64,000 nt of DNA. Origin: Xylographa opegraphella (lineage: Eukaryota). The translations under genes were made by a program, and so were the position numbers. This document shows, piece after piece, positions 47,449-60,282 of this stretch (its first letter is position 1; the number at the start of each line of letters is the position of its first letter). The stretch is taken from positions 248,001 to 312,000 of the forward strand of contig JALDZX010000021.1 in NCBI GenBank assembly GCA_022813865.1, in the 5' to 3' direction. The notes beneath the pieces are model-generated. The model searched no databases and was not told where the DNA came from. It saw nothing but the letters and a program-made list of their open reading frames with translations.

Positions 47449-50400
47449 GGTGGAAATGGGGTTGGAAGCTGGTTGTGGAGTGTTAGATGTCCAAACTGTG
47501 CTTACAGTTAAGATGAGGTCTCTTCTGACTGAAAGGCTTGTGAAGCGAGAAGGCAGTGTAGGAGCGAACGTTGTCCGAGGCCTTGTTATATAACGTTACA
47601 ATTGGGAGCGTTATCTTTATAGGGTGTAATGCTCAGCCATTCAGTGCCAAGGGTCGAGACCGTACGCCGACAGCAGTAGCTGGTACCGATCGGTCAGACT
47701 CAAATTCCCAGAGAGCTTCGGCGCAGTCTACGCAGCACGTATGAGCGTGAGGCGCCAAGGGTATACGGATGCAACCATAATCCTTCGAGCAAGGCCAAGA
47801 TGCATTCAGCGACGAATGAGAACAATGTCAATGTTCAGCTTGCGGCTAGGCGAGGCTCTCCGGGATCGACCGACAGCCGACCCTGGACCTCTAAGCCTCA
47901 CCGCCTGGATGCCAATTGGATGGTTTTTGCTGGATTTCTATCCACCAAAGGTGACTCGTTGCAGCTTAGCAAGGATAGTGTGGACGGAACCGGACCGAGC
48001 ACCTCCTTAGCTTAGAAGAGCAGGCGGCTCTGCGTTTGAGCCATAGGCTGTGGCATCCTGATACATAAGGCGTCCTCCATAACCACGGGTTGGACTTCCG
48101 TTCTTCACCCGCAGCACAGGCACCACCTTTTGGGGTTTATTTTTTCATTTCTGGTGGACCTTACACGGTGAGATGAGCGAAGAGTCATCTCAACCGCGCT
48201 GTCTGCGCGATGCATCTGCGTGATGTAGACTTTCCATCGAAAGGAAGGTCGAGGTCGCACAAAGCTGTCCAGCCTCAAGTAGGATTGCAGCGGCGGCGCC
48301 AAGTCCGGGATTTGAATGGTTTTGGGCCAATCCTAGATGCCAAGGCTGGAGCCAAGACCAGCTGAACTGACTCCGATCATTGCTTACCAGATCTGGGGAC
48401 GCTATATTCAATCCCCCTCACGCCACACGAGAACAATGCGCATCGTAGCCTGTAACAAATGGAAGGCCAACACAAGAATTGAGCCGCATGCATGCAACTC
48501 GAAAATGCTCAAACCACAACGCAATCGCCTTCAATGAGTGGTTTTACTGTAAGTTGCATAGCATTATGGTACGAGGTATCGAGCTTCTCTGTGACATCCG
48601 AAAGTCGTGGTCAAGATACTCCCAACGCTTTCTCGTTGTTGCAGTAGACTAGACGTTTCAGGCCGGCGCAGGAAGTCGGCCCCTCGCCTTCCTTTTCACG
48701 GCTTCGCTGTTCAGCATCGCTACATTGTAGATCTTACCTGCATCGTCACGTGGCATCAACGAGACCTCCCCCCCCTTGACAACCATCGACGATACCATTA
48801 CCCCCGATACATAGATGTATGCTCCGGTGATGGCGATACGGTTGGCTGGAAGCCAAAATGACTCTGCACCATGATAATGCCTTCGGTTGTACCTTGTGGG
48901 AATCTTTATATCTCCCATGAAGGTGTATCAGCGATCTGCCGATTGACGGAAGTCTCCTGAAGGCCTTGGCTCGTCCCGACAAAGCCTCCTCGAACAGGTG
49001 CAACATCACTATCCCGAAGGTCTGTCATTCTCGTATCTGGGTATTTGATATGTGAGTGATTATTGGCAACCTTTACTATCCAGAGCCAACAATGCTTTGT
49101 CGCCATAAAGGAGGGCCACGATCCACTACCACGGCAGGAAAGGCAGAAGGTTTGCATGATATATACTCCTGAAGTGAGCGTTGCACGCGCTCCAATTCGT
49201 GGCTTGGCAATATGTGGACGAATGGAGTGTAGCCAATAAGACATAAAGGGGACGAGGGCCTCAGAATTGAAGTCTGCAAAAAATGAACAGTACACCATGC
49301 AAACACACATCACAGCATCATCAATAAGTGAATCCCGGAGATCGATAGTGCTGAAGCAGCAAGCCATACACAGGTAAACATCTTTTGAAGAGCGTGCGTC
49401 ACATTGCGTTGGATTAAAACCGTGTCTGGTTGGATCATTCGAGAGCTTCATTGGGGGATTCGCAGCTCAGTCTGAATCAAGCGACGAGGGGCTTTTGGAA
49501 AGACCTTTTTGACATTCAATTCATCATCTGCATAGCTGTACTCTGTACACGGCTCTGCTTTTTATTGCAGTGCCCGCGCAACAGCCTATTCACGATAACC
49601 TCGGAGATAGTTGTTTTTGGTGGTGGGATCCAATGCGCCAGTTGCGTGGGACGGGCGGACGCTCGTCCACGAACGGAAAGTCCCCGGGGGACATGAATAA
49701 CGGCAAGGTCCGTTCGCTATAGTCGTGCGCGCCAGCAGCGATTGCGCCAGCACGACCGACCAAATTTGTGGCTGATTAGATATGAACGAAGGGCATGGGA
49801 GGTTAGGTAATAGTGGTTCATGGTGCATCGGAAAAGAGAGAAAGGCATGGCGGGCGTCCGACACCAGCCTTCTAAGCAGACAGGCTGATACGTCCGGAAC
49901 AGAAAATGAGGCGGCGGAGATTTCTAGGAATGGTGCGCTTGTACCGTGTTGCAGCACAGTCGATGCCACTCTGTCCCCAATTGCGCCTGTAACAACGCGT
50001 GGTGAGGATGGATGATGGATGATTTGTGCTCCTCCACACGCTCGTTCGCAGCGGCCACCGTTTCTTTCACCCAACGCCGACTTAAGCTCATTGAATCACG
50101 GCGATCTGGCGGGGGGCGTCTGTGCGGCCATGCTACGAGTGTAGGGATGTCAACGTGGCGCCCAAGTGCGCGGGCGTGTGCGCCGCAACGAGAAGGTCGA
50201 AAGGACAGGTTTGGGGCCTCGTAATCTTCCAGAAGCATGTCAAACAGGCCGCTCCAACGCCCCCTCTAATCTGCTCAGCGTCATACAACGGGCTCGCGAC
50301 CGCCATCAATTGGCTGCTCCGAAGTCTCGACCGATGCTGCCGTGATTGAAATGCAGCATTAGCGTTGAGGACGGAAGGCATGGAAGCTTTGGTGACCTTC

Positions 50401-52402
50401 CTCCGACCTTCGATGGTCTGTTCGCCGGGAGCGTCACGGCCTGTCCTCGAATCGTAGCTGGCGCTGGGCCAAATTGCAGTCCTGTGGTCGGTTTCAACCT
50501 TCAAGCGTTTTCATCACTCTTATTTCCCAAACGCTGCGGGATTTTCTGTTTGGCTGTGGTCCATGTGGCAAGCGGGCCGATCTCCTTCCCCAATCATCTA
50601 TAGCCTAGTTGATCCAGTGAGAAAAAGCACATCAGTTGTCGGTGGCACACCCTTCGAGGTCCAGGAAGCTTACTCCGTAGCTGGATCTGATGGTGCGGAA
50701 TGCGCCATTGCTCGCTTAACGTCATATCCCTTCCCATCTCGACAACCGTTCGTCCTGCGAGCACCCACCAAAGCACGTTGTCCGCCGGCATCAGCTCTCT
50801 CACCGCACTTTCCCCGTCCTTTCCGTTTCGTCGGACGCCGTCGTGTCTTGATATGGCCTTGCGCCTGTCCGTCCTACCCTACGTCACTTGCGAGCACTGT
50901 GTTGTCGACTCAGCGCGCATTCGACCTGATCTTACCACACTCCAGAACTAGCTCACGGACGCGGCGCAGGAGCTTTGACTAAGGTACATAGGAAGCAGAA
51001 TCCTTATAGACCAATTTTCTGCGAGGCGCTGCCACCACTTTCCCCGTTAGAAGACTCGCTCGCCTCCATCTGGCCCCTCTGGGCAACGCCGACTACTAGG
51101 AGCATTATTGCGCAAACGGGCGTGGTTTCTTAGTGCGAGGTTACACACCTGAGATATCCGAAGCATTTCTTCTCCGTCGGTCAGATCTGCTGTTTCTCGG
51201 CTCTGCTCTCAGGGTTTCCTAGGTACGGCCTCAAATGTGCACCCTCAGCTGTGATGTTCCACAAAATCGAGCGCTTTGCTTTTCTAAACTCGAGTGATAT
51301 TCGTCTGACGGGAACTATAGTCTTGTTCCAATCTCGAATCACCTACCTTCCGCCATTCCATCGAATCCTACCTGCTGGGGGTTCGATAGCTTGTTTCCTC
51401 TGCCGAAGCAAGACGGAGATTCTTCTTCCACAGCTCTCTGGAACTCTAATAATCCCGTGTGGTTCTTTGGTCCGAACAAAATATCCAGAAAAAGTTCTTC
51501 AGATAGGGTCCCGATCGAAGGTGTATGCAACAAACGGCAGGTCCGATCCGATAGCTCTGGTGTGGACTGCCACAATCCGGATCTACGCATGCGTGTGCTA
51601 GTGCAATAGTATAACGTCAAAGAAACCTGAAGAAGTGGTCCAAGCAGCAGCAGCCACCCGGGTGATTCATTGTGGACGAACTGTTGGTTCGAGCTCCAAG
51701 ATCTGCACGTACCCGAACTCTCGATCAAGTCGAGGAGACGTTGTCCTACCGTGATATCCAATTTGGCGAGTACGTCGTCCAGCGTGATTCAGGCTTAGCG
51801 TCCCGAATTAAAGAAGACTTCATTTCCGCTGAAGCCCGATTCAGAACTGTGTTAAGAGCGTACAATCTCTAATATTGATTGGCGCCAATGAATGAACCTC
51901 TCATCGTGAACGTCTTCGACAGGAATACTTCAGATCGTTTACATCCTCCGGGGTTGAGACCGAGAAGTTCTACAATTCATACTGCCTAAGAAATAGAACG
52001 CTGGTAAGCACTCTTCCCTTTTGACGCCCGTTTGCTTCGAAAGCCGTGTTACCCTTATTAGCTTTCGCAAATATTTCATCAGGGTGAAGTCGGTGTGCCG
52101 ATATGCTTGACATGGCGCACTGACTTGGAAATCATCACTTTATGCATATAACAGAAGTCATCAAGTCCTCTTCGTTCTTGAATATCAAGTTTACATCCTT
52201 GGCTGCTCGACGCGTACTTAACATAGCGCGAAGCTGGCATCTTTTTTCGACTCATTGAATGAAAGCTGTGACATATGATTTGGTTCGACTAACCAGGATG
52301 TTCTATAGGGACACCTTTGGTGCTCTTCAAACCAGTTCGATCTCTGCCAGGTTTGGCTCGATCAGACCAGAAAACACCTCAACCACAGTCGCGAAATACA
52401 TC

Positions 52403-53881
<1,479 letters not shown>

Positions 53882-54806
53882 AAACAATACACCTTACGTT
53901 TTGTGTCACAGTCGCACACACCAGATTGTCTTCTTCTCTACTGTCCATAGAACGATACCCGAGCAAAATTGCATCTGTACCCTTTGAGCCCTTTTCGACC
54001 GTTGTTTCCATCCACCCGGTGGCGCGATTCGAGTTTTTCTCGCACCCTTGCCAGTTGTGAAAACTGGCCAGCCGTGGAACGACGGACGGCTTTCATTTCT
54101 CTGGCTTGTAAAGCTTTGCTGTACGATAGACTGGACTGGTTCCTGGGCACTAGCTTCATAGAAATAGGACGATGCCAATTTGCCTGAAAAATGTTTTTGC
54201 TCTCTCGCACACAGTTCTGCATTGCGCATAAACACACGGGTCCCTGCTTTTGTATTCGTTGAAGTGCCTTGCATGATAATCGACGTCCCCCCCCCAACCC
54301 CCCTTGCTGACAAAGGGCCAATGTAAACGCCCCGGACCGTTTCACGACATTTCATTCCGGCATCTCCCCACTCCCCACCGTCACACCACAGCCCGCTGAC
54401 TCAGCAACCCTAGGCGACTCCCGCCGGAGGCATCAATGTACCATCACACCACCCCCAGCCTTGTGATGCCTTTAGCGCGTAGTAAGTGATGCTGGAAGCT
54501 CTCTCGAGAGGACCATGAGAGGGAACGGACCAGGTAGGAGGGCAGGCGGTTGGTTTTGTATATGAGTAGCAGCCCGGCCGCGATGGTTTACAACCCAGCT
54601 GTGGGAAACTTGAGTGAAGGATATTTCACCGCGAAGGATATTCCAGCTACTACACAGCTGCCGCTGAAGATCGAACTCTACTCCTCGGACTTCATATCCA
54701 TCAATCCAATAGCCTCCTTCACGTTCACAAGTATCCACCGTCTCACGCTCCACCGCCCTCACACACTCCCGAACGAACAGCGCCTCGTCCTCGTCTCCGA
54801 CCCTCA

Positions 54807-55106
54807 ATGCCCCCCCTCCCCCTCGCTCGCGGTCCCCTCCGCCGCTTCTTCTCCGCCACCCGCCGCTACCTCTCCGACCCACACCCCTACGAGCGCCCCT
54901 CCACGCTCCTGGCCCACGAGCTGCCGGGCTCCGCGTACTACATGCGGAGAGTGGGGCGGGCGGGTGCTTTGTAAGTATCTCTCCCGCCGGTTGCTGCTAG
55001 GTTTTGGGGTGAAGGTCGAGTGGGCTGACGGGTAAGGGGCAGGTTTGTGCCGTTCTCGGTGGCGTTTTTTGGGTGGCCGTTGGTGGCGAGGAGGTGGGTG
55101 GTTTGA
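54807..55106 (+). CDS. Small (75 aa) putative mitochondrial single-pass membrane protein (exons 54807-54970, 55043-55106)
   Basis: Not in the ORF track. MPPLPLARGPLRRFFSATRRYLSDPHPYERPSTLLAHELPGSAYYMRRVGRAGAL/FVPFSVAFFGWPLVARRWVV*; canonical GTAAGT..GCTGAC..CAG intron; presequence-like N-terminus and C-terminal hydrophobic segment. Confidence 0.75.
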
Positions 55107-55739
55107 GGGAAGGGGATGGATGGGTGGTGGTGCTGTGATTTAGATGGGTGGATGGGTGGATGGATTGGCTTGCCTGTAACGGTTTTGGTGCTGCGGTGTC
55201 GTGAAGCTTGAGAAAATGGATTTGATACCTTCATTACGTTCACTACCTTTGCCTATGTGAACTTTCCCATCGACAAGGCGCACGAAAGTGGTCCCTGCTC
55301 AACCCGAGTACTAGCGCCTTGGCCTTTCAAGCGATACGAAGCAGCCAATCGATACCCAAGTTCTTTAACCAACGATGCGATTCGCACGAGGGTGAGCTTT
55401 GGACAGCATATCGATGATTTATGTGTGGGCGGGCAAGGTAGCTTTGTATGTGAGGATAATTGATGCTGCAGTGGTGCGTGCTGAGGATGGAGCTATGTAG
55501 AAGATTCATTGGACAGGTTCAATGATTCTCCATCGTGATTGACCGAGTCTTGTGGCTTGTCGAATGATGGCGTTCCTTTGCCGATGGAGGTGTCAAAATT
55601 GGCGAGGAGCCGACTGCTTCTTATCACCTTCAATTGTCAATCCTTTGACAGGAAAGATCCTGAAAGTTTTCAAACATGGCTTTTAGATGATTGCGAAGCC
55701 TCTGATACTGCAGAATAGCACATTTACTAGACATTATAT

Positions 55740-56192
55740 AGCCAAAATTCATTCAAGCGAAGTGGAGACGTACTGTTGAATTGCTTGAAGCAATATGATG
55801 ATAGCTAGTGACTCCCATACAGGTTAATCTTCAATGTTTGAATGTCTTCTTTCTTAGATCGCCCTCATTTGAGCCTCATGATGGCGTCTTTCAGTGGTGA
55901 TGGTGATCCATTGTGACGAAAATGTGCTTGATATTGCTGTGTCTGCTTCAGAAGTCATTTATCGCTGACAGCAATTCTTCACGGTGACGTTCAAGCTCAT
56001 GCAGTCTCCCTATTGAGAGCCGTCCAACTCTAGCTCTTCCATACGTACAAGAGCCCATTCGGGCCTACGCAGCTCACTCAGATGCTGTTGATGTTCCTCG
56101 GCAGCTCCTCCAGAATCTCGAAGCGATTATATCACATCATGAATGACGCCTAATGCAGCAATCACACCACCAACGGAGAACTTGAAAGACAG
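55740..56192 (-). pseudogene. Pseudogene of a fungal STAND/NLR N-terminal (HeLo-like/'Fungal N-terminal') domain protein
   Basis: Translation (L)SFKFSVGGVIAALGVIHDVI*SLRDSGGAAEEHQQHLSELRRPEWALVRMEELELDGSQ*...[frameshifts]...QQYQAHFRHNGSPSPLKDAIMRLK*GRSKKEDIQTLK resembles the family pattern MSFGFSVGDFI...LRDSGGA..EY..L..EL...KW...K.D. The start codon is lost, and there are three stops and frameshifts. Confidence 0.7.
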
Positions 56193-57077
56193 GCTGTCCT
56201 CTTCGTTAGGAAACGTAGATCACAGCACTCGCTGAACATTCGCATGATAGTTTTTGCCATGATGGTGGCGCGCTAGGTCACGCAGACCAGTCACGCAATA
56301 CTTTGCAGCGGGTAGCTGCAGTCCAATACGAGCAAGAGGGTCAACTTCTTCTCCAGGAGATGCTTTGAAGGGAGTAAGTCGTCTGGTTATGTGGATATAT
56401 GACACCAATCAACAGTTTGGGTGGATTGAGAATTACAGAAGTCATCGATTCAGACTGGGTTGGAAAGCCGAATTTCGTGGAAGATAACAGGCAAAGAAAT
56501 CCATGGAGCAGGAATGCCAACCTCTATCTCTCACTAAACATCCACGCGAGTAACAAGGACGGACATTTCGCTCACAACAACCACTGTAAACTCGAAAAGC
56601 ATTGTTGCATATTCCTAAAATATACTGACCATTAAACTACAAGACACAATACCTCCTAGTGTCATCATAAACGGTTGCTCGTTATCAAAATCTTCGAACT
56701 GGTCGATTAGCCTAAAAGAGACCGTAGTAGTCCTGATAGCAGATGTCGGTAGATTCCATCATATGAAAATCCGGTAGTAAGGAATTTGAATGAGGTTGGA
56801 GGCTAACCGCACCCGCGCAGCGATATCCGAGCACATCGCTTTCTGACGACAGCGAGCGTCACGTCACGTTCAGTTTCGATGACCACATGTCACACCGTGA
56901 ATACCTTATGGGGCCGCAAATTAACAGTACCGGAGTGGGCTCCGTGTGCAGTCTGCCTTACGTTGCCCAACGACCCACTTGGGAGCCACCATGAAGGTGA
57001 CGAACGGTTTTCATCGGCCGTAGAACAACAACTTACACCGAGCTCCAGAGACAGCTATATAGCTCTGACATCTCAGA

Positions 57078-58178
57078 ATGGCACAGCCAGACTCTCAGTA
57101 TGACCCACCTTCTACCATGGGTCCAGGCACCAGCTACTTTCGTGCTGAAGCTCTCAGCATACGCACCATCGGAGTGGAAGAGCACATCATGTTCCCGCAA
57201 CTCATGTCACGCATACCGAAAGACTCGCATGCCGCTGCGATTATGAAATCTATGATGTCGAACTCATCAGTGACCTACAGCAAAAGCCGGACTACTAACG
57301 GCGGAGAGCAGCGGATCAAGAACATGGACGAGGGCGGCGTTGCGATGCAGATCCTTAGTTCTGTGGGATTACCAAATTGTACGCATCTGGGAGACACAGA
57401 TCCCAAGGGGGCTGTCGAGCTGGCGAGGGAGATCAACGATGAATTGAAGAAGGTAGTTGACAGCAATCCCACGCGGTTCAAGGCATTTGCGGAGCTGCCG
57501 ATGCATGACCCCGAGGCGTCTGTCGCTAAGCTACACCGTTGCGTGAAAGAGATGGGTTTCGTTGGCGCCATGCTTTCCGGCACGATTGGTGGAAGTGCGA
57601 AGTTCCTCGATGGTCCAGAATTCGACCCTATTCTCTCCGCCTTCGAGGAGCTGGACGTTCCTCTGTACCTACACCCGGCCATCCCGCCCAAGGCGGTCTG
57701 GGACAAATATTACGCCATCGACGACAAGCCAGACCTATCGGCTGCGTTCGGGCTGGCTGGATGGGGCTGGCACAACGAAGTAGCCATCCACGTCATCAGG
57801 CTCGCTATTTCAGGGACGTTGGATAAGCACCGTAAGCTCAAGATCATCGTGGGGTACCAAGGCGAAATGATGCCGATGATGATGCAGCGATTCGACACCA
57901 GGTTCCCGGAGAAAGAGTTCGGGTTCGAGCGGAGTGTGGGTGAGATGCTGAGGAGCCAGGTGTGGATTGCCGTTTCAGGCATGTTCTCACTGCCGCCGAC
58001 GCAGGCTGCGATCGCCACTTGGGGAGTCGACCGGGTCTTGTTTGCGGCCGACTATCCGTTTCAGAACACGCAGAGAGTTCCCGAGTATCTGAAGGCGCTG
58101 GGGGATGTGGTCGCGCCGTCGGATCTGCGGAAGATCTGTCAGACGAATGCGGAGGCGCTTCTGAAGTTTAAAGTGTAG
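57078..58178 (+). CDS. Amidohydrolase-2 family metal-dependent decarboxylase/hydrolase (ACMSD / 2,3-dihydroxybenzoate decarboxylase-like)
   Basis: Intronless 366 aa (alternative start 57117); IGVEEH, LDVPLYLHP, GWGWHNEVAIH and DRVLFAADYPF; the usual GH.GE motif reads GYQGE. Confidence 0.88.
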   Translation: MAQPDSQYDPPSTMGPGTSYFRAEALSIRTIGVEEHIMFPQLMSRIPKDSHAAAIMKSMMSNSSVTYSKSRTTNGGEQRIKNMDEGGVAMQILSSVGLPNCTHLGDTDPKGAVELAREINDELKKVVDSNPTRFKAFAELPMHDPEASVAKLHRCVKEMGFVGAMLSGTIGGSAKFLDGPEFDPILSAFEELDVPLYLHPAIPPKAVWDKYYAIDDKPDLSAAFGLAGWGWHNEVAIHVIRLAISGTLDKHRKLKIIVGYQGEMMPMMMQRFDTRFPEKEFGFERSVGEMLRSQVWIAVSGMFSLPPTQAAIATWGVDRVLFAADYPFQNTQRVPEYLKALGDVVAPSDLRKICQTNAEALLKFKV

Positions 58179-58640
58179 AGAAGGTGGGAAGATGGCTGAG
58201 ATAGATGCCAGAGCACCCTTGCTGAAGGAATCGAATAACAGTCATGCCGATTTAGTATTCTGCTGCCATAATTGCTATGACCAGGCTCTCCAGTAAGATA
58301 TTTTAATAGACAGGAAAGCAAAGATCATATGACTAGATGTGAGTGGGTTCGAGCGAAAATCGCATTGCTGCATTCGGTGATAACGATATACATTGCAGCG
58401 CCACATCATTCGTCTTGAACTGACTCAGGTCATCCAAGTTCTGTACTTGTCAGATAACGCATAGATGCTCACTCAGTGCTTGCTGCCATGTAATAGTCTA
58501 ATGTAGAGTTCTCGAAATGGGACGCCCTTCCCCCAATGCTTGATCTCCAAACGCCCCAAGCACAGTTGGCCTGTTATATGAGAAATAATGTAGATACATA
58601 ACGCCGATGTAATGCCCGCCAACCTCACGCATCCACATCC

Positions 58641-59067
58641 TCACTTCCGCTTATGTGGTCCGATAATCTTCGGATACAATCTCGAAAGGTGGTAATTGAT
58701 CGTGTTCTTGCTCTGGTTCTTCGGCCTCTGCACACATGAGATCAGCTCCGACCCATATTCTCACCGAGGATGACCCAGGTGACTCGGTGGGGAAAACCAT
58801 ACCGGAGCATCCATACACGTCCTCAACTGCTGCTCCAGCGCAACGCACATCTGAGCGGCATTCGCTGACGAAGCCCAGCATCCTGCACGACCACGCTTGT
58901 CAGCTGGTCCCGCTCTCGCAACAGTGTCCGGCACACATACCGAGCATGGAAGTCATGATGCCGAGGCACGGGTTTGTCTCGGGGCGATTCGGGCGGCGGA
59001 TGCGGAGTTTGGGCAGTGGAGGCAGCCGGGTGGGCGCGAGCTTGGTCGAGGTTCCTTTAGGAGGCAT
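58641..59067 (-). CDS. MRP10: Mitochondrial small-subunit ribosomal protein Mrp10/mS37 (exons 59067-58941, 58882-58803, 58727-58641)
   Basis: Not in the ORF track. MPPKGTSTKLAPTRLPPLPKLRIRRPNRPETNPCLGIMTSMLGCWASSANAAQMCVALEQQLRTCMDAPRPKNQSKNTINYHLSRLYPKIIGPHKRK*; twin CX9C and INYHLSRL. Confidence 0.92.
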
Positions 59068-60282
59068 GGTGAGCGATTATCGCTATGATGGATGGTGCGG
59101 GCGCTGTTGGGAGCACATGCAGTTGGTCACATAACCAGGTAGAGCAAGGCGTTGATGCTAACAAAAACAGCTTACTAGTACGGAGTATTCTAGAGTTTGT
59201 CGGCTTTTCTTGTTTCCGTCAAGGCTTTATCCTAACTAGTGGAATAATAAGCTTAGTCTAGGTAGATTACACTAAGGCAGCCCAGCATCAGACCGGTTTT
59301 TCCGTACCTCAAGCGAGCGAGCGAGCTTAGGTTACACCTGAGTCAAGCCTCGTCAGTACGGTAAGGTTTACCTTCCATGGCAGATGAACTACTTGGCCGG
59401 ATACGAAGCAGTTCGATAGTATCAAGTATGAAAGAGGGTTCATTCAACCATGAAGCATAAGTATACAGATTGCTAGCCTTATTAGATATAATATCGATTT
59501 CTACTCAAAGTATACTCCGTAGCGTTGCACCAAGGGTCGAGGAGTAAGATACCTATCCGTACCTGTTACCTTAGTCTCAATGCGGCTCTCCGAAAACACC
59601 GGCGTCATTAGTACGGGCTATTCTAGCGTATTTCAGCCGCGGGACTCCGAGCAGTCCGAGTGCAAAGTGATCGGATTTTGATGCGGCTGACCGGCCATCT
59701 TCAACACCCGCTGCGAAAACCACAATTGGCTTCCTGTGTTTGCTGGGCTGACGTGAGGCTGGCTACCCCGGTCATTAAGGCCCGGTCTGGGAGGGCAGCT
59801 GAGTATAGCGTCCATGCTATGCCACTGGGAAAAAACAAAGGCTTTGCTGGTGGGCGCGGGAGTGATGGTGAGTTGGGCTTCCGTATGGGAGAGTTATGGA
59901 CATACGTAGAAAGCAAAGGGCATGTCGGACAATGCTACGACTAGTTGCGTTCTTCTACGCCTGCAACTCCTGCTGACCGGCCGAACTCTGCAGCTTGTGA
60001 CACAGCCAAGCATCCGTCGGTGCTCGATGGCTCCGTTGGTCACGCTGTGAATAGGGAATAACTCGGCACCGGTACGTAAGGTACTGTGGTAGTTTCGCAA
60101 ATCTCGCAACCTCGCGTCTCACTGCCACGCCGCTGCTATGGATCCTTCGGTCGGGCTAAAGCGTTCGACCGACCACATAAGCAATCCATCCTACGCCCTC
60201 GCGGCTTCTTCAGCTTCGCACCTTCACCTCGCGCACGCTTCTCTCATGCTTCCGACTCACGGGAAGGTGCAAAGCGGTCGTC

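Noticed and set aside
54550..55035. 161-aa + strand ORF
   Set aside because: Better explained as the alternative frame over the spliced 75-aa gene.
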